Shown here: positions 41,596 to 55,296 of the stretch, piece after piece | Layout: the number at the start of each line of letters is the position of its first letter | How positions within the stretch are numbered: the stretch's first letter is position 1 | Assembly (NCBI RefSeq): GCF_009914755.1 | Contig: NC_060943.1 | Source: the human T2T-CHM13v2.0 reference genome, Homo sapiens | Direction: 5' to 3' (one strand) | Length of the DNA stretch: 64,000 nt | Notes under the pieces: generated by a model | Seen by the model: only the letters and a program-made list of their open reading frames with translations | Told to the model about the DNA's origin: nothing | Database searches by the model: none | Made by a program: the position numbers and the translations under genes

Positions 41596-41857
41596 ATTCC
41601 AAGTGCACTACTGTCAAGAGACATGTTACAGCCGCTAAGGACAATGTACTTCAGCTTTGAAACCTGGGCAAGAAGCCACACGACTGCATGAGACAAGCCG
41701 TGAGAGGCACTGCTCAGGAGGAAACGCTGGGTCTCTTCACCAAAATTAGATTACAGCATATTCTGGGAGCACACGCCCTTGTACTGCTTACAAACCAAGG
41801 GAGAAAGACCAACGCATCCATCATCCCAACGCCTTCCCTGGAACAGGGAAATGAGCA

Positions 41858-42313
41858 TCATTCTGTGGGAACAGCGTCTTTAGACTCTGCATCAGTTTGT
41901 TCCACTTCAGCATCCGCGGCAGCTGGGGCAGGAGCAACTCTGGTTTGGGCACTTTCTGCCTCTGCTGCCATTGTCTCGGCGCCATTTCCAGCCTCTGCAG
42001 CCTCACTTCTGGCCTTGGGGACGCCCTTCTCATGTGCCGTTCCACAGGGCACCTGCTCTTCCAGCAGCTGTTCGGCTTGAGGATCACTACCGGCCTCCGC
42101 TGTGTCCGTGGGGCCTTCGTCCTCAGCCGGCTCCCCGCTGCTCTCTGGAGCGGGCGCTCCTTCCCCATCTACGGCCCTCACTGCTGCTGTAATCACCTCT
42201 GCTAAGACGTCCGCGGCCACCTCCTCAGGTGTCTCTTTCTTATCCTCACCTCCTAAATTGTCATCTCCTTCCATTTCTGGATCAACAGTTTCACTGGTGA
42301 AAGGGTCCTCACC
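41858..42313 (-). CDS. AKAP8: AKAP8 exon 14 coding part, including the PKA-RII-binding helix [18 protein letters not shown]; stop TGA at 41858-41860
   Basis: tggccag|GGTGAG...; includes ORF 41858..42274; 456 nt. Confidence 0.97.
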   Translation of the reverse strand, partial: GEDPFTSETVDPEMEGDDNLGGEDKKETPEEVAADVLAEVITAAVRAVDGEGAPAPESSGEPAEDEGPTDTAEAGSDPQAEQLLEEQVPCGTAHEKGVPKARSEAAEAGNGAETMAAEAESAQTRVAPAPAAADAEVEQTDAESKDAVPTE

Positions 42314-42698
42314 CTGGCCAAAGAGGAAACACCGGTCAGCGTGGTGTAAGCAGAGCTCAGGAGGCCCATGACTGCGGGGATGTCAGCTTTTCAGAACCAG
42401 CAGTCCACAAGGGAAACACTTCTGTAAATTATGCCACAGGAGTGAATCCTACATGTTCTCAGAGCCTACAGATTCAGAAAACACCTCGGGGAGATATTCT
42501 GCAATTTTTTTTTTTTTGAGATGGAGTCTCGCTGTTGCCCAGGCTGGACTGCAGTGGTGCGATCTCGGCTCACTGCAACCTCCGCCTCCTGTGTTTTTAG
42601 TAGAGATGGGGTTTCCACCCACCTCAGCCTCCCAAAGCGCTGCGATTACAGGTGTGAACCACCATGCCCGGCCCATTCTGCAATTTTTTTTTTTTTGA

Positions 42699-42806
<108 letters not shown>

Positions 42807-43123
42807 TAGCTGGGATTACAGGCAGGAGCCACCACGCCCGGCTAATTTTGTATTTTTAGTGGAGACGGGGTTTCACCATGTTGGGCAGACTGGTCTGGAA
42901 CTCCAGACCTCAGGTGATCCGCCTGCCTTGGCCTCCCAAAATGCTGGGATTACAGGCACGAGCCACCGTGCCTGGCCTGCAATTTTTAATCAAGCATGTA
43001 CCAGCGAGGAAAAGTTCACAAGCCCAGCCTTAACTTGATGTTTTTTAAAAAAGGGCATGAGGCCGGGCGTGATGGCTCACACCTGTAATCCCAGCACTTT
43101 GGGAGGCCAAGATGGGTGGATCA

Positions 43124-43541
<418 letters not shown>

Positions 43542-44375
43542 TCAAATCCAAGTCTGACTCCCTCAGAAGTCAAAATTCTCCTAAGTATATGATAGAAAAC
43601 TATCTGTAGTCTAAAACAAGCAAACTAAAAGTTATCATTACCAGATTAGGAAACATGTTTTAAAATATGATGCTTAGGGCAAGGTGCTCACGCCTGTAAC
43701 CCCAGCAATTTGGGAGGTCAAGGCGGGAGGATCACTTGAGGCCAGACCAGCATGGGCAACAGAGCAAGACTGTCTTAAAAAATTAGCCAGCATGTGGCCG
43801 GGTGCAGTGGCTCACGTCTGTAATTCCAACACTTTGGGAGGCGGAAGCAGGCAGATCACAAGGTCAGGAGATGGAGACCATCCTGGCTAACACAGTGAAA
43901 CCCCATCTCTCTTTTCTTTTTTTGAGACGGAGTCTTGGTCTGTCGCCAAGGCTGGAGTGCAATGGCGCGATCTTGGCTCACTGCAACCTGCACCTCCCGG
44001 ATTCAAGCAATTCACTGCCTCAGCCTCCCAAGTAGCTGGGATTACAGGTGCCCGCCACCACGCCTGGCTAATTTTTTTTTTATTTTTAGTAGAGATGGGG
44101 TTTCACTATCTTGGCCAGGCTGGTCTTGAACTCCTGACCTCGTGATGCACCCGCCTCGGCCTCCCAAAGTGCTGGGATTACAGGCGTGAGCCACCACGCC
44201 CGGCCACCCCATCCCCCTGCAAAACATTAGCCAGGCATGGTGGTGGGCGCCTGTAGTCCCAGGTACTCAGGAGGCTGAGGCAGGAGAACGGCATGAACCC
44301 AGGACACAGAGCTTGCAGTGAGCCGGGATCGCACCACTGCACTCCAGCCTGGGTGACAGAGCAAGACTCCATCTC

Positions 44376-44406
<31 letters not shown>

Positions 44407-45912
44407 AGCCAGGTGTGGTGGTGTACTATTGCAGTCCCAGCTACCTGGCAGGCTGAGTGGGGAGGATCTCTTGAGCTCAGGAATTCGAGGCTGCAGAGAA
44501 TCTCTGCAGGAATCTCTTGGCTGGGTACCAAGAGAACAAGACCCTGACTCAAAAAAAAAGACGCTTAGAAGCCTGAGCTCACACTTGACTCTGGAAACTT
44601 TTACCTTGCTTAAGCTGCAAAGGTAAAATATACATCAGTCATGTTTCCTCCCTCTTTTTTTTTTTTTTTTTTTTTTTGAGACAAGGTCTCACTCTGCCAT
44701 CCAGGCTGGAGTGCAGTGGCACGATCTTGGCTCACTGCAACCTCCGCCTCCTGAGTAGCTGGGACCACAGGCGCATGCCACCACGCCTGGCTAATTTATG
44801 TATTTTTTGTACAGACAGGGTTTCACCATGTTGTCCGGGCTGGTCTTGAACTCCTGAACTCAAAGTGATCCGCCCACCCCAGCCTCCCAAAGTACTGGGA
44901 TTACAGGTGTGAGCCACCACGCCCGGCCCAGTCATGTTTCTTCAATTGGTTATTTAGATTCTGTGCCTTTAATAGATGGAACTGTCAAATATGGAAGTGT
45001 TTAGTAACTGAGAGGAGGGCAAAGGTCCTGAAGTCAGGTTGTGGGCTGGGACTTAGCCACCTGCCCCAAATGCTAAAGTCCTGGGATGAACACTGAGCAA
45101 AATGGGTTTCACAAGGAAGAACTGGGAGCTCTTCCAACCAGCCTTCTCTCCATGAGCACCCACTTTGGGACTTCGATATGCTGCTCCCATCATGAAGGCT
45201 CTGGTTCTTCACTACCCCTCACCTTCAACCTCACTGTCAGTTGGCTCTATCAATGAAATCTCTTTTTAGCTTCTCTCCTGGAAAATTCTCATGTACCTTG
45301 GATTCTTTTTTTTTTTTTGAAATGGGGTCTCGCTCTGTCACCTGGGCTGGAGTGTAGTGGCGCAATCGTTAACTCCTCTAACTCCTGAGCTCAGGGATCC
45401 TCCTGCCTCAGCCTCCCAAACTATTGGCATTACAGGCATGAGCCATAATTCCCGGTTCCCCGCTTTCCTTTATTTTCAAGACCAGTCTTGCTATGTTACC
45501 CAGGCTGAAGTGCAGTGGTAACACCATCACTCACTGTAGCCTCAAATTCCTGGGCTCAAGCAATCCTCCCATCCCAGCTTCCCGAGTAGGGCTAGCCTTG
45601 GGTTTTTCTTAAAAAATCACCTAACCATCATTTGCTCAGAATTTTAAGGCTAAACAATCAGGATTTTTCATGGTAAAAATCCATTACGCACTGATTAATC
45701 AAGCAGCGCCACATCCCCAGAGTCCCCAGGCAAGCATTGACTCATTAGAAATCCCAGTTGTCATGTTCCTGAGCTTGATGCATTCCAGTGTCCCTCAACT
45801 GTCAAAAGACTCAGAAATGCTAAATGCTGCACTCTGGATTCAACTCCCTGCTCCTGGGGTTCATCTTCCCTTTTGAAAGCTTTTCCTGTCTGTGGTACTT
45901 GCAAGCACAAAC

Positions 45913-46008
45913 CTTGAGGTATTTTTCCAGCATCTTCACTATATGTCTGTTGTTCAAAACACTCTTAGCCACATGGAGACTGGTTTTCTTGAACTGTTCA
46001 GCAGCCAA
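45913..46008 (-). CDS. AKAP8: AKAP8 exon 13 (LAAEQFKK...LEKYLK)
   Basis: tttgcag|TTGGC...TCAAG|gtttgt; 96 nt, phase 0-0. Confidence 0.96.
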
Positions 46009-46787
46009 CTGCAAAGGGAACCAAATGTGAGCTCTTAAAAATGGCAAAGATTAAGGAAGAGAATAAACCAGCCAGGCTCTGCCGAGTCATCCTGAGATCA
46101 GCCCTATGCAGAGAAGCGAATCTCAAAACGCCAGCCTCCAAGAATAGAAGGCTCCAGAGACTGTGCAACCAAGACTAACAAACTGGAAAAGCTAGGCAAT
46201 CTTAAGAGATAAATGCAAAGATGCACCACTGATACCCATGTAGCACATGCAGAATTGGGGGTGAAACAAGAGCATTTACAAATGAAAGGCTGTGTGGACT
46301 CAGTGGAGGAAAAGGACAAGCTCTTTCTTTTCAGTTTTTGGGGTTACATTGATTTCATAAGTTCAACAACAAAAGTATGAATATGCTGGGTGTGGCAGCT
46401 CATGCCTGTAATCCTAGCACGTTGGGAGGCTGAGGCATGTGGATCACTTGAGGCCAGGAGTTCGAGACAAGCCTGGCCATCATGGTGAAACCCTGTCTAC
46501 AAAATATAAAAATTAGCTGGGTGTGGTGGTGCACACCCGTAATCCCAGCTACTCAGGAGACTGAGGCATGAGAATTTGGGAGATGGAGGTTGCAATCAGC
46601 TGAGATTGTACCACTGCATTCCAGCCTGGGCAATGGAGTGAGACTCTGTCTCAAAAAATAAAATTAAAAACAAAAACAAAAACAAAAAACAAACACACAA
46701 CCATGACTGCACCAAGTCTCTGTTTTAGAGCCTGACTTGTTTGCACAATGGTCCCTTGTTTGTATACTGCTTTTCAGCTGATCTTTA

Positions 46788-47410
<623 letters not shown>

Positions 47411-47793
47411 GGCTCAACATTTAGCCTGAAGCCCCAGCAGCTAGGTAAGGACAGAACCAGTCCTTTAGTCCAAGTCCCCTGGGCCACTCAGCTTTCAATG
47501 GCCCTTCGGTCTCAGCTTATGGAAGCCCCCAGGCCTTCCGCTAGTGGGAAAACTGACCAACGTGGAAACACTATCAGGAGAATCTCAGCTACTGCATTTA
47601 ATCGAGTCTAAGCAACACATTTTCTCACATTTTTATAAAAATTGAGACGAATCTTACGACCCATCGATGGAAGTGATAGACTTGAAACATAGCAAGAACC
47701 CCTAAAGATGTTGTTATTCCCCATAAGACACAGCAGGCTCTGAGCCGCAGCCCTGCAATGAGCACCCCAGGCAGTGTGGGGAGGAAGACTCAC

Positions 47794-47924
47794 CCTGCGG
47801 TTGTGATTGTGGTCCACGGAGTGCAGGTGCCGCTGGAGGAGCTGCGGCTGTGCAGGAATTAGCATGTCGCAGGCCAGGCAGTGAGCAGCCTCGATCTTCT
47901 TGAAGAAGTGCTCCTGGCCAATCC
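47794..47924 (-). CDS. AKAP8: AKAP8 exon 12 (zinc finger 2, CLAC...HLHSVDH)
   Basis: tggcag|GGATT...GCAGG|gtgagt; 131 nt. Confidence 0.97.
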
Positions 47925-48677
47925 CTGCCAGGAAACGCATGTCTTGTAGGATCTGGGACAGCAAGTGATGCTTTCCTCCTACTCCCCATCCGGGCCCACG
48001 TTTTCTCCCTGCAACTCTAAGGAATCAGAAGGGCACAGCCTGCCTTTCTATGGGGAGTATGGGTCAGCACATCGGCCTCTATAGCTGTGAATTCTGCACT
48101 TTTCAGCTTTTCTGTTCCTCCTGGTTGTTTCTTTTCAAACCAAGGAGGAAAAGATATGAAAGTGCTTAATGTCACTGATATAAGCTGCAATCTATGCAAG
48201 GCCACATCCGAAGGTTTCTTTCTTTCCATTGCTGCTGAGCGCTCTTCCCACGGGTCTCGTCATCACCTTCTCAGCCAACTTGGGCTGGCTTCATGCCACT
48301 TTTTTTTTTTTTTTTTTGAGACAGAGTCTTGCTCTGTCGCCTAGGCTGGAGTGCAGTGGTGCAATCTTGGCTCACTGCAAGCTCTGACTCCCAGGTTGAC
48401 ACCATTCTCCTGCCTCAGCCTCCCAAGTAGCTGGGACTACAGGTGCCCGCCACCACGCCCGGCTAATTTTTTGTATTTTTTTAGTAGAGACGGGGTTTCA
48501 CCGTGTCAGACAAGATGGCCTTGATCTCCTGACCTCATGATCCGCCTGCCTCAGCCTCCCAAAGTGCTGGGATTACAGGTGTGAGCCACCGTGCCCGGCC
48601 TCGTGCCACGTTTTACGGGTCCTGTCACATGCCTTACTACCATCCAGGAAAGCACTCATCCTGGGATGACAACTCAC

Positions 48678-48771
48678 CTTTGAAAGGATCTGGTTTTGGT
48701 TTTGCGGTTTCTTTCTCCATCAATTCCTGACGCCGCTTCTCAATTTTCTTATTTCTGTTTACAATGTATTC
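48678..48771 (-). CDS. AKAP8: AKAP8 exon 11 (EYIVNRNKK...PDPFK)
   Basis: cacctag|GAATA...CAAAG|gtgagt; 94 nt. Confidence 0.96.
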
Positions 48772-49058
48772 CTAGGTGGGATTGGAGAGGGCATAAAGTA
48801 AAATGAGAGGTGGGCGCATGTGGGCATTTCTCAACTGCCAGGGCTAGGCAGGCAGCTATCAGAGCAGCTGCGTGGGGCAGCACAGCACGATGGCTGGAGC
48901 TCCCGGTTGTCCCTGTGACTCAGGGACTTACACAGCTACTCTATCTGGGAAAGGAAACCTTGGCCAAGTATAGCCTCTGATTTCCCTTCCTCCTTCAAGG
49001 GATCCGGCACCTGCGGGATGGGCAAGAGACGCGGTGACGGGGCCCAGGTTTCCTTTAC

Positions 49059-49200
49059 CTGGAGGAACTCCACGGTCTTGTCGGGCAGCTTGGTGCTTAT
49101 GAACCGCAGGGTCTCTTTGTGAAATTTGCTTTGCAGATGCTTCTGGATCTCTTCGTCATCAAAGCTACGGAACTTGCATACAGAACAGGCAAACTGAATT
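49059..49200 (-). CDS. AKAP8: AKAP8 exon 10 (zinc finger 1, CSVC...HLQSKFH)
   Basis: ttctacag|AATTC...TCCAG|gtaaag; 142 nt. Confidence 0.97.
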
Positions 49201-49307
49201 CTGTAGAAGGAAAACAAGGAGGGGAGTGAAGCAGGGAGCATCAGCGAGTGAAGCAGGGGGCATCAGCTCACCTCTGAGGAGAGCTGAAATAGAAACAGGA
49301 TTTTCAG

Positions 49308-51029
49308 CTCTCCCCCTCCCCCTCTCCCTCTCCCCACGGTCTCCCTCTCCCTCTCTTTCCACGGTCTCCCTCTGATGCCGAGCCGAAGCTGGACGGTACT
49401 GCTGCCATCTCGGCTCACTGCAACCTCCCTGCCTGATTCTCCTGCCTCAGCCTGCCTACTGCCTGCGATTGCAGGCGCGCGCCGCCACGCCTGACTGGTT
49501 TTCGTATTTTTTTGGTGGAGACGGGGTTTCGCTGTGTTGGCCGGGCTGGTCTCCAGCTCCTAACCGCGAGTGATCCGCCAGCCTCGGCCTCCCGAGGTGC
49601 CGGGATTGCAGACGGAGTCTCGTTCACTCAGTGCTCAATGGTGCCCAGGCTGGAGTGCAGTGGCGTGATCTCGGCTCGCTACAACCTCCACCTCCCAGCC
49701 GCCTGCCTTGGCCTCCCAAAGTGCCGAGATTGCAGCCTCTGCCCGGCCGCCACCCCGTCTGGGAAGTGAGGAGCGTCTCCGCCTGGCCGCCCATCGTCTG
49801 GGATGTGAGGAGCCCCTCTGCCTGGCTGCCCAGTATGGAAAGTGAGGAGCGTCTCTGCCCGGCCGCCATCCCATCTAGGAAGTGAGGAGCGCCTCTTCCC
49901 GGCCGCCATCACATCTGGGAAGTGAGGAGCGTCTCTGCCCAGCCGCCCATTGTCTGAGATGTGGGGAGCACCTCTGCCCTGCCGCCCCGTCCGGGATGTG
50001 AGGAGCGTCTCTGCCTGGCCGCCCTGTCTGAGAAGTGAGGAGACCCTCTGCCTGGCAACCGCCCCGTCTGAGAAGTGAGGAGCCCCTCCGCCCGGCAGCC
50101 GCCCCGTCTGAGAAGTAAGGAGCCCCTCCGCCCAGCAGCCACCCCGTCTGGGAAGTGAGGAGCGTCTCCGCCCGGCAGCCACCTTGTCCGGGAGGGAGAT
50201 GGGGGGATCAGCCCCCCGCCCGGCCAGCCGCCCCGTCTGGGAGGTGAGGGGCGCCTCTGCCCAGCCGCCCCTACTGGGAAGTGAGGAGACCCTCTGCCCG
50301 GCCAGCCGCTCCGTCCGGGAGGGAGGTGGGGGGGGGGTCAGCCCCCCGCCCGGCCAGCCGCCCCGTCCGGGAAGTGAGGGGCGCCTCTGCCCGGCCGCCC
50401 CTACTGGGAAGTGAGGAGCCCCCCTGCCCGGCCAGCCGCCCCGTCCGGGAGGGAGGTGGGGGGGGTCAGCCCCCCGCCCGGCCAGCCGCCCCGTCCGGGA
50501 GGGAGGTGGGGGGGTCAGCCCCCTCGCCCAGCCAGCCGCCCCGTCCAGGAGGTGAGGGGCGCCTCTGCCCGGCCGCCCCTACTGGGAAGTGAGGAGCCCC
50601 TCTGCCCGGCCACCACCCTGTCTGGGAGGTGTACCCAACAGCTCATTGAGAACGGGCCATGATGACAATGGCGGTTTTGTGGAATAGAAAGGCGGGAAAG
50701 GTGGGGAAAAGATTGAGAAATCGGATGGTTGCTGTGTCTGTGTAGAAAGAGGTAGACGTGGGAGACTTTTCATTTTGTTCTATACTAAGAAAAATTCTTC
50801 TGCCTTGGGATCCTGTTGATCTGTGACCTTACCCCCAACCCTGTGCTCTCTGAAACATGTGCTGTGTCCACTCAGGGTTAAATGGATTAAGGGCGGTGCA
50901 AGATGTGCTTTGTTAAACAGATGCTTGAAGGCAGCATGCCAAGAGTCGTCACCACTCCCTAATCTCAAGTACCCAGGGACACAAACACTGCCAAATCTCC
51001 CTCTGCGAGAAACACCCAAGAATGATCAA

Positions 51030-51060
<31 letters not shown>

Positions 51061-51095
51061 TGGCAGTGGGCAAAAAAAAAAAAAAAAAAAAAAAA
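49308..51095 (+). mobile_element. Full-length SVA retrotransposon (SVA_D-like), antisense to AKAP8, in intron 9
   Basis: CCCTCT hexamer head (49308-~49372), Alu-like region (to ~49740), GC-rich VNTR (~49741-50620), SINE-R (to ~51030), AATAAA and poly(A). The 17-bp TSD AGAAACAGGATTTTCAG is at 49291-49307 and 51096-51112. Subfamily is from recall only. Confidence 0.97.
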
Positions 51096-51115
51096 AGAAA
51101 CAGGATTTTCAGTAA

Positions 51116-51498
<383 letters not shown>

Positions 51499-53602
51499 TG
51501 AGTAGAGACGTGGTTTCACCATGGTGGCTAGGTTGGTCTCGAACTCCTGACCTCGTGATTGACCCACCTCAGCCTCCCAAAGTGCTGGGATTAAAGGCGT
51601 GAGCCACCGCGCCCAGCCTATTTTTTTTTTGTATTTTTAGTAGAGACAGGGTTTCACCATGTTGGCTAGGCTGGTCTCGAACTCCTGACCTCAGGTGATC
51701 CACCTGCCTTAGCCTCCCCAAAGTGCTGGGATTACAGGCGTGAGCCACCGCACCCAGACTTTTCTTTTTCTCGAGATGAGATTTCACTGTATTGCTCAGG
51801 CTGTTCTCAAACTCCTGGGCTCAAGCGATCCTCCCACCTCAGCCTCCCAAGTAGCTGGGATTAGAGGTGCATGCCACCGCACTCAGCCAGGGAAAGTGGC
51901 TGCTGAACCAAGAGTTCCGACTTCCCAAAGGGCAACAGAATGGCAGTTACCCAAACTTCCCCAGCTGAAGAATGGGAACACAGGCTTGCAGGTATCTCAG
52001 GAAAATGACTCGCATAGTAATCTGCTGGCACTGCAGCCCCTCTGGCCCCAAAGCCCCTGAGAAAACACCAGAAAGCTGCAACTGCTTGGAACTGGGGACG
52101 CCCTAGGCTCTGGCTGGCAGCTCTTGGGGCCCAGCATCTAGCTTCACAGCTTCTCAGATGAGTTCCTCTCTGCAGGAACTGGGATGACATAAGGCAACCT
52201 CATTTTACGTGCAGACAAAACACCTCGCACAATTCAAAACACAAAACCCAGTATCAGTTCTGCCATGAGACTACACGTAAAGACATGTCACATCAAATTC
52301 TACAGATAAAAAGTGAGGCTTCTTTGTCACAGGCTTTCAAAGTCTCCCCAAATGCAACCACGCTGCATGGCAAGGGAGAGCAGCCTGCAGGCCCCCAGGC
52401 CACCACACTGGGGTGCTCCCTCCCTGGCTCTCTCCTGGAGGCTCCTGCCCCTTCTGGTGTAGGGGTGCAGGCCCTGTGGCACTCAGGACTTCACCTCTGC
52501 CAACTCCACATGCCTGGCTTCTGACCTCTGACAAGCAACATGAAGACACCTCCGCTTCTGCAGACAGCCCCTACGTAGGCGGGGAGGGGACAATCTCCCG
52601 GGGCTCATACACAGCACTGTCAGGAAGCTACTGATGAGCTGTGTGCTTCCCTGCTACACCTCTGCCTCCCCGTGAGAATTCCTCCAAGTCCCTTCGAGAT
52701 CCTCAGTCATGGCCAGGTGCGGTGGTTCATGCCTGTACTCCCAGCACTTTGGGAGACCAAGGTGCGTGGATCACCTGAGGTCAGGAGTTTGAGACCAGTC
52801 TGGCCAACATGGTGAAACCCCGTCACTACTAAAAGTACAAAAATTAGCTGGGTGTGGTGGCGGGCGCCTGTAATTCCAGCTACTTAGGAGGCGGAGGTAG
52901 GAGGATCACTTGAGCCCAGGAGGTGGACTGTTGCAGTGAGCTGAGATCGTGCCACTGCACTCTAGGATGGGTGACACAGCAAGACTCCATCTCAAAGGAT
53001 AAAAAAAAAAAAAAAGAAAAAGATCCTCAGTCACTAGCGCACACTCTGAAGGTTTCTTTTTTTTTTTTTTAAAAAAAGTCACCTGTTCATTGGAAGAACA
53101 TACAAGATGAAAAAAAAAGCAAAAAGAAAAAAAAAAAAAAGCAAAAAGTAGTAAAAAAAAAAATGTCATCTCTATACCCTTCTCCCAGTACTCTGGGAGG
53201 CCAACGCAGGAAGATCTCTTGAGGCTAGTTCAACAGCCCAAGCAACAGAGAAAGACCCCTATCTCTTTATTAGATTATTTAAGTTTAAAAATAATTAAAA
53301 AGAAAATGTCATCTCAGTTTCCATGTGACATGAAAAGTCATCTACTCTATCCATTTATCTGTTTAAAATAACAAGGGTTTCAATGTTCCTGTACCACTTA
53401 AGAAGAAACAGTTCTGCGTTTGGTTCCTGGCTTCGTTTTGCTAAGCATTTCTCTCTTTTTTTTTTGAATCCTTGATTTAAGGTTCACATGGAACAGTGAT
53501 TTTCTTTTTTTTTTTTTGTTCCTGAGATGGAGTCTTGCTCCGTCGCCCACGCTGGAGTGCAGTAGCACAATCTCGGCTCACTGAGATGGAGTTTTTATTT
53601 GA

Positions 53603-53898
<296 letters not shown>

Positions 53899-54202
53899 TG
53901 AGACAGAGTCTTGCTCTGTCGCCCAGGCTGGAGTGCAGTGGTGCAACCTTGGCTCACTACAAAGTCCACCTCCCCAGTTTAAGTGATTCTCCTGCCTCAG
54001 CCTCCCGAGTAGCTGAGATTACAGGCACCTGCCACCATGCCTGGCTAATTTTTGTAATTTTAGTAGAGATGGGTTTCACCATATTGACCAGGCTGGTCTT
54101 GAACTCCCGGCCTCAAGCGATCCGCCAGCTCAGCCTTCCAAAGTGCTGGAATTACATGTGTGAGCCACGGCATCTGGCCCCTTTTACTAAGCATTTCTTT
54201 GA

Positions 54203-54298
<96 letters not shown>

Positions 54299-54371
54299 TA
54301 AGACCAGCCTTGCCAACACGGTGAATCCCGACCTCTACTAAAAATACAAAAATTAGCCAGGCGTGGTGTCA

Positions 54372-54575
<204 letters not shown>

Positions 54576-55208
54576 TCACTGGTGATTTCAGTTTCTAGTC
54601 AGAAGCCACTTAACTCCTGGCAGGGAGAGGCAGGCACATGGTGTGCTCACAATGACATCCTTTGGGCTCAACATTTTTGCAATCCTTTTCTATTGTGGGA
54701 CAAAATCTTGATGGTAGGATCATCTCTCTACCTGTCTCCTAGCTGTGTCAAACTCCAGGGGTGGTCTGGATTTGGATAAGGTGAACACAGGACAGTGTCT
54801 GAGATGCCAGACACCAGGCTAGGGGGCAGGGATGCCCCTCAGGCCTGCAGGAGAGTAACAGAGCCCGCTGCTGAGCAGTTATGGACCACACAGACCCACC
54901 AGCAAGGCTGGGATTCCAGAGGAAGAGAGACACAGGAGTCAAACACCAATCCTCTAAAGCAAGAACAGAAACCTAACCACCAAAGCAACGTCCCAGCCAT
55001 CCTAGAAGACAGGTAGCTCGTGTGCTGGGAGCACGAGTGATGGTCTTTTCTGCACTCCCAATTGTTTACTGTTTTGCCTCCCACTGGTTTGGCCAGAGGA
55101 GTCAGGCCACCAGGCCCCCAGCATTGTGGAGCGAGGACAGGTGAGCTCGGCAGCGCCTCCACCGCACGAGTCCACCTCCTCCTGTGGGGTCGTGTGCCCG
55201 CGCCTCAC

Positions 55209-55296
55209 CTGTCGGCTGCACGGTCCCGCGTCCTGTCTCTTCTCCTTTGCTTTTCCCTTCTCTTCTTCACATCCTCGTCCTCGTCCTCCTTCTCTC
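55209..55296 (-). CDS. AKAP8: AKAP8 exon 9 (GEKEDEDEDVKKRREK...AADR)
   Basis: ttacag|GAGAG...GACAG|gtgagg; 88 nt. Confidence 0.96.

Noticed and set aside
49415-51032. Overlapping ORFs and a regularly spaced repeat array (GGGAAGTGAGGAGC...) resembling CRISPR
   Set aside because: This is the SVA VNTR. The 'spacers' are themselves repeats, there are no cas genes, and the DNA is primate.
52685-52699. 15-nt exact match (CAAGTCCCTTCGAGA) to 55307-55321 near the exon 9 acceptor
   Set aside because: A 15-mer match is about what chance gives in 64 kb, and the flanks do not extend convincingly.
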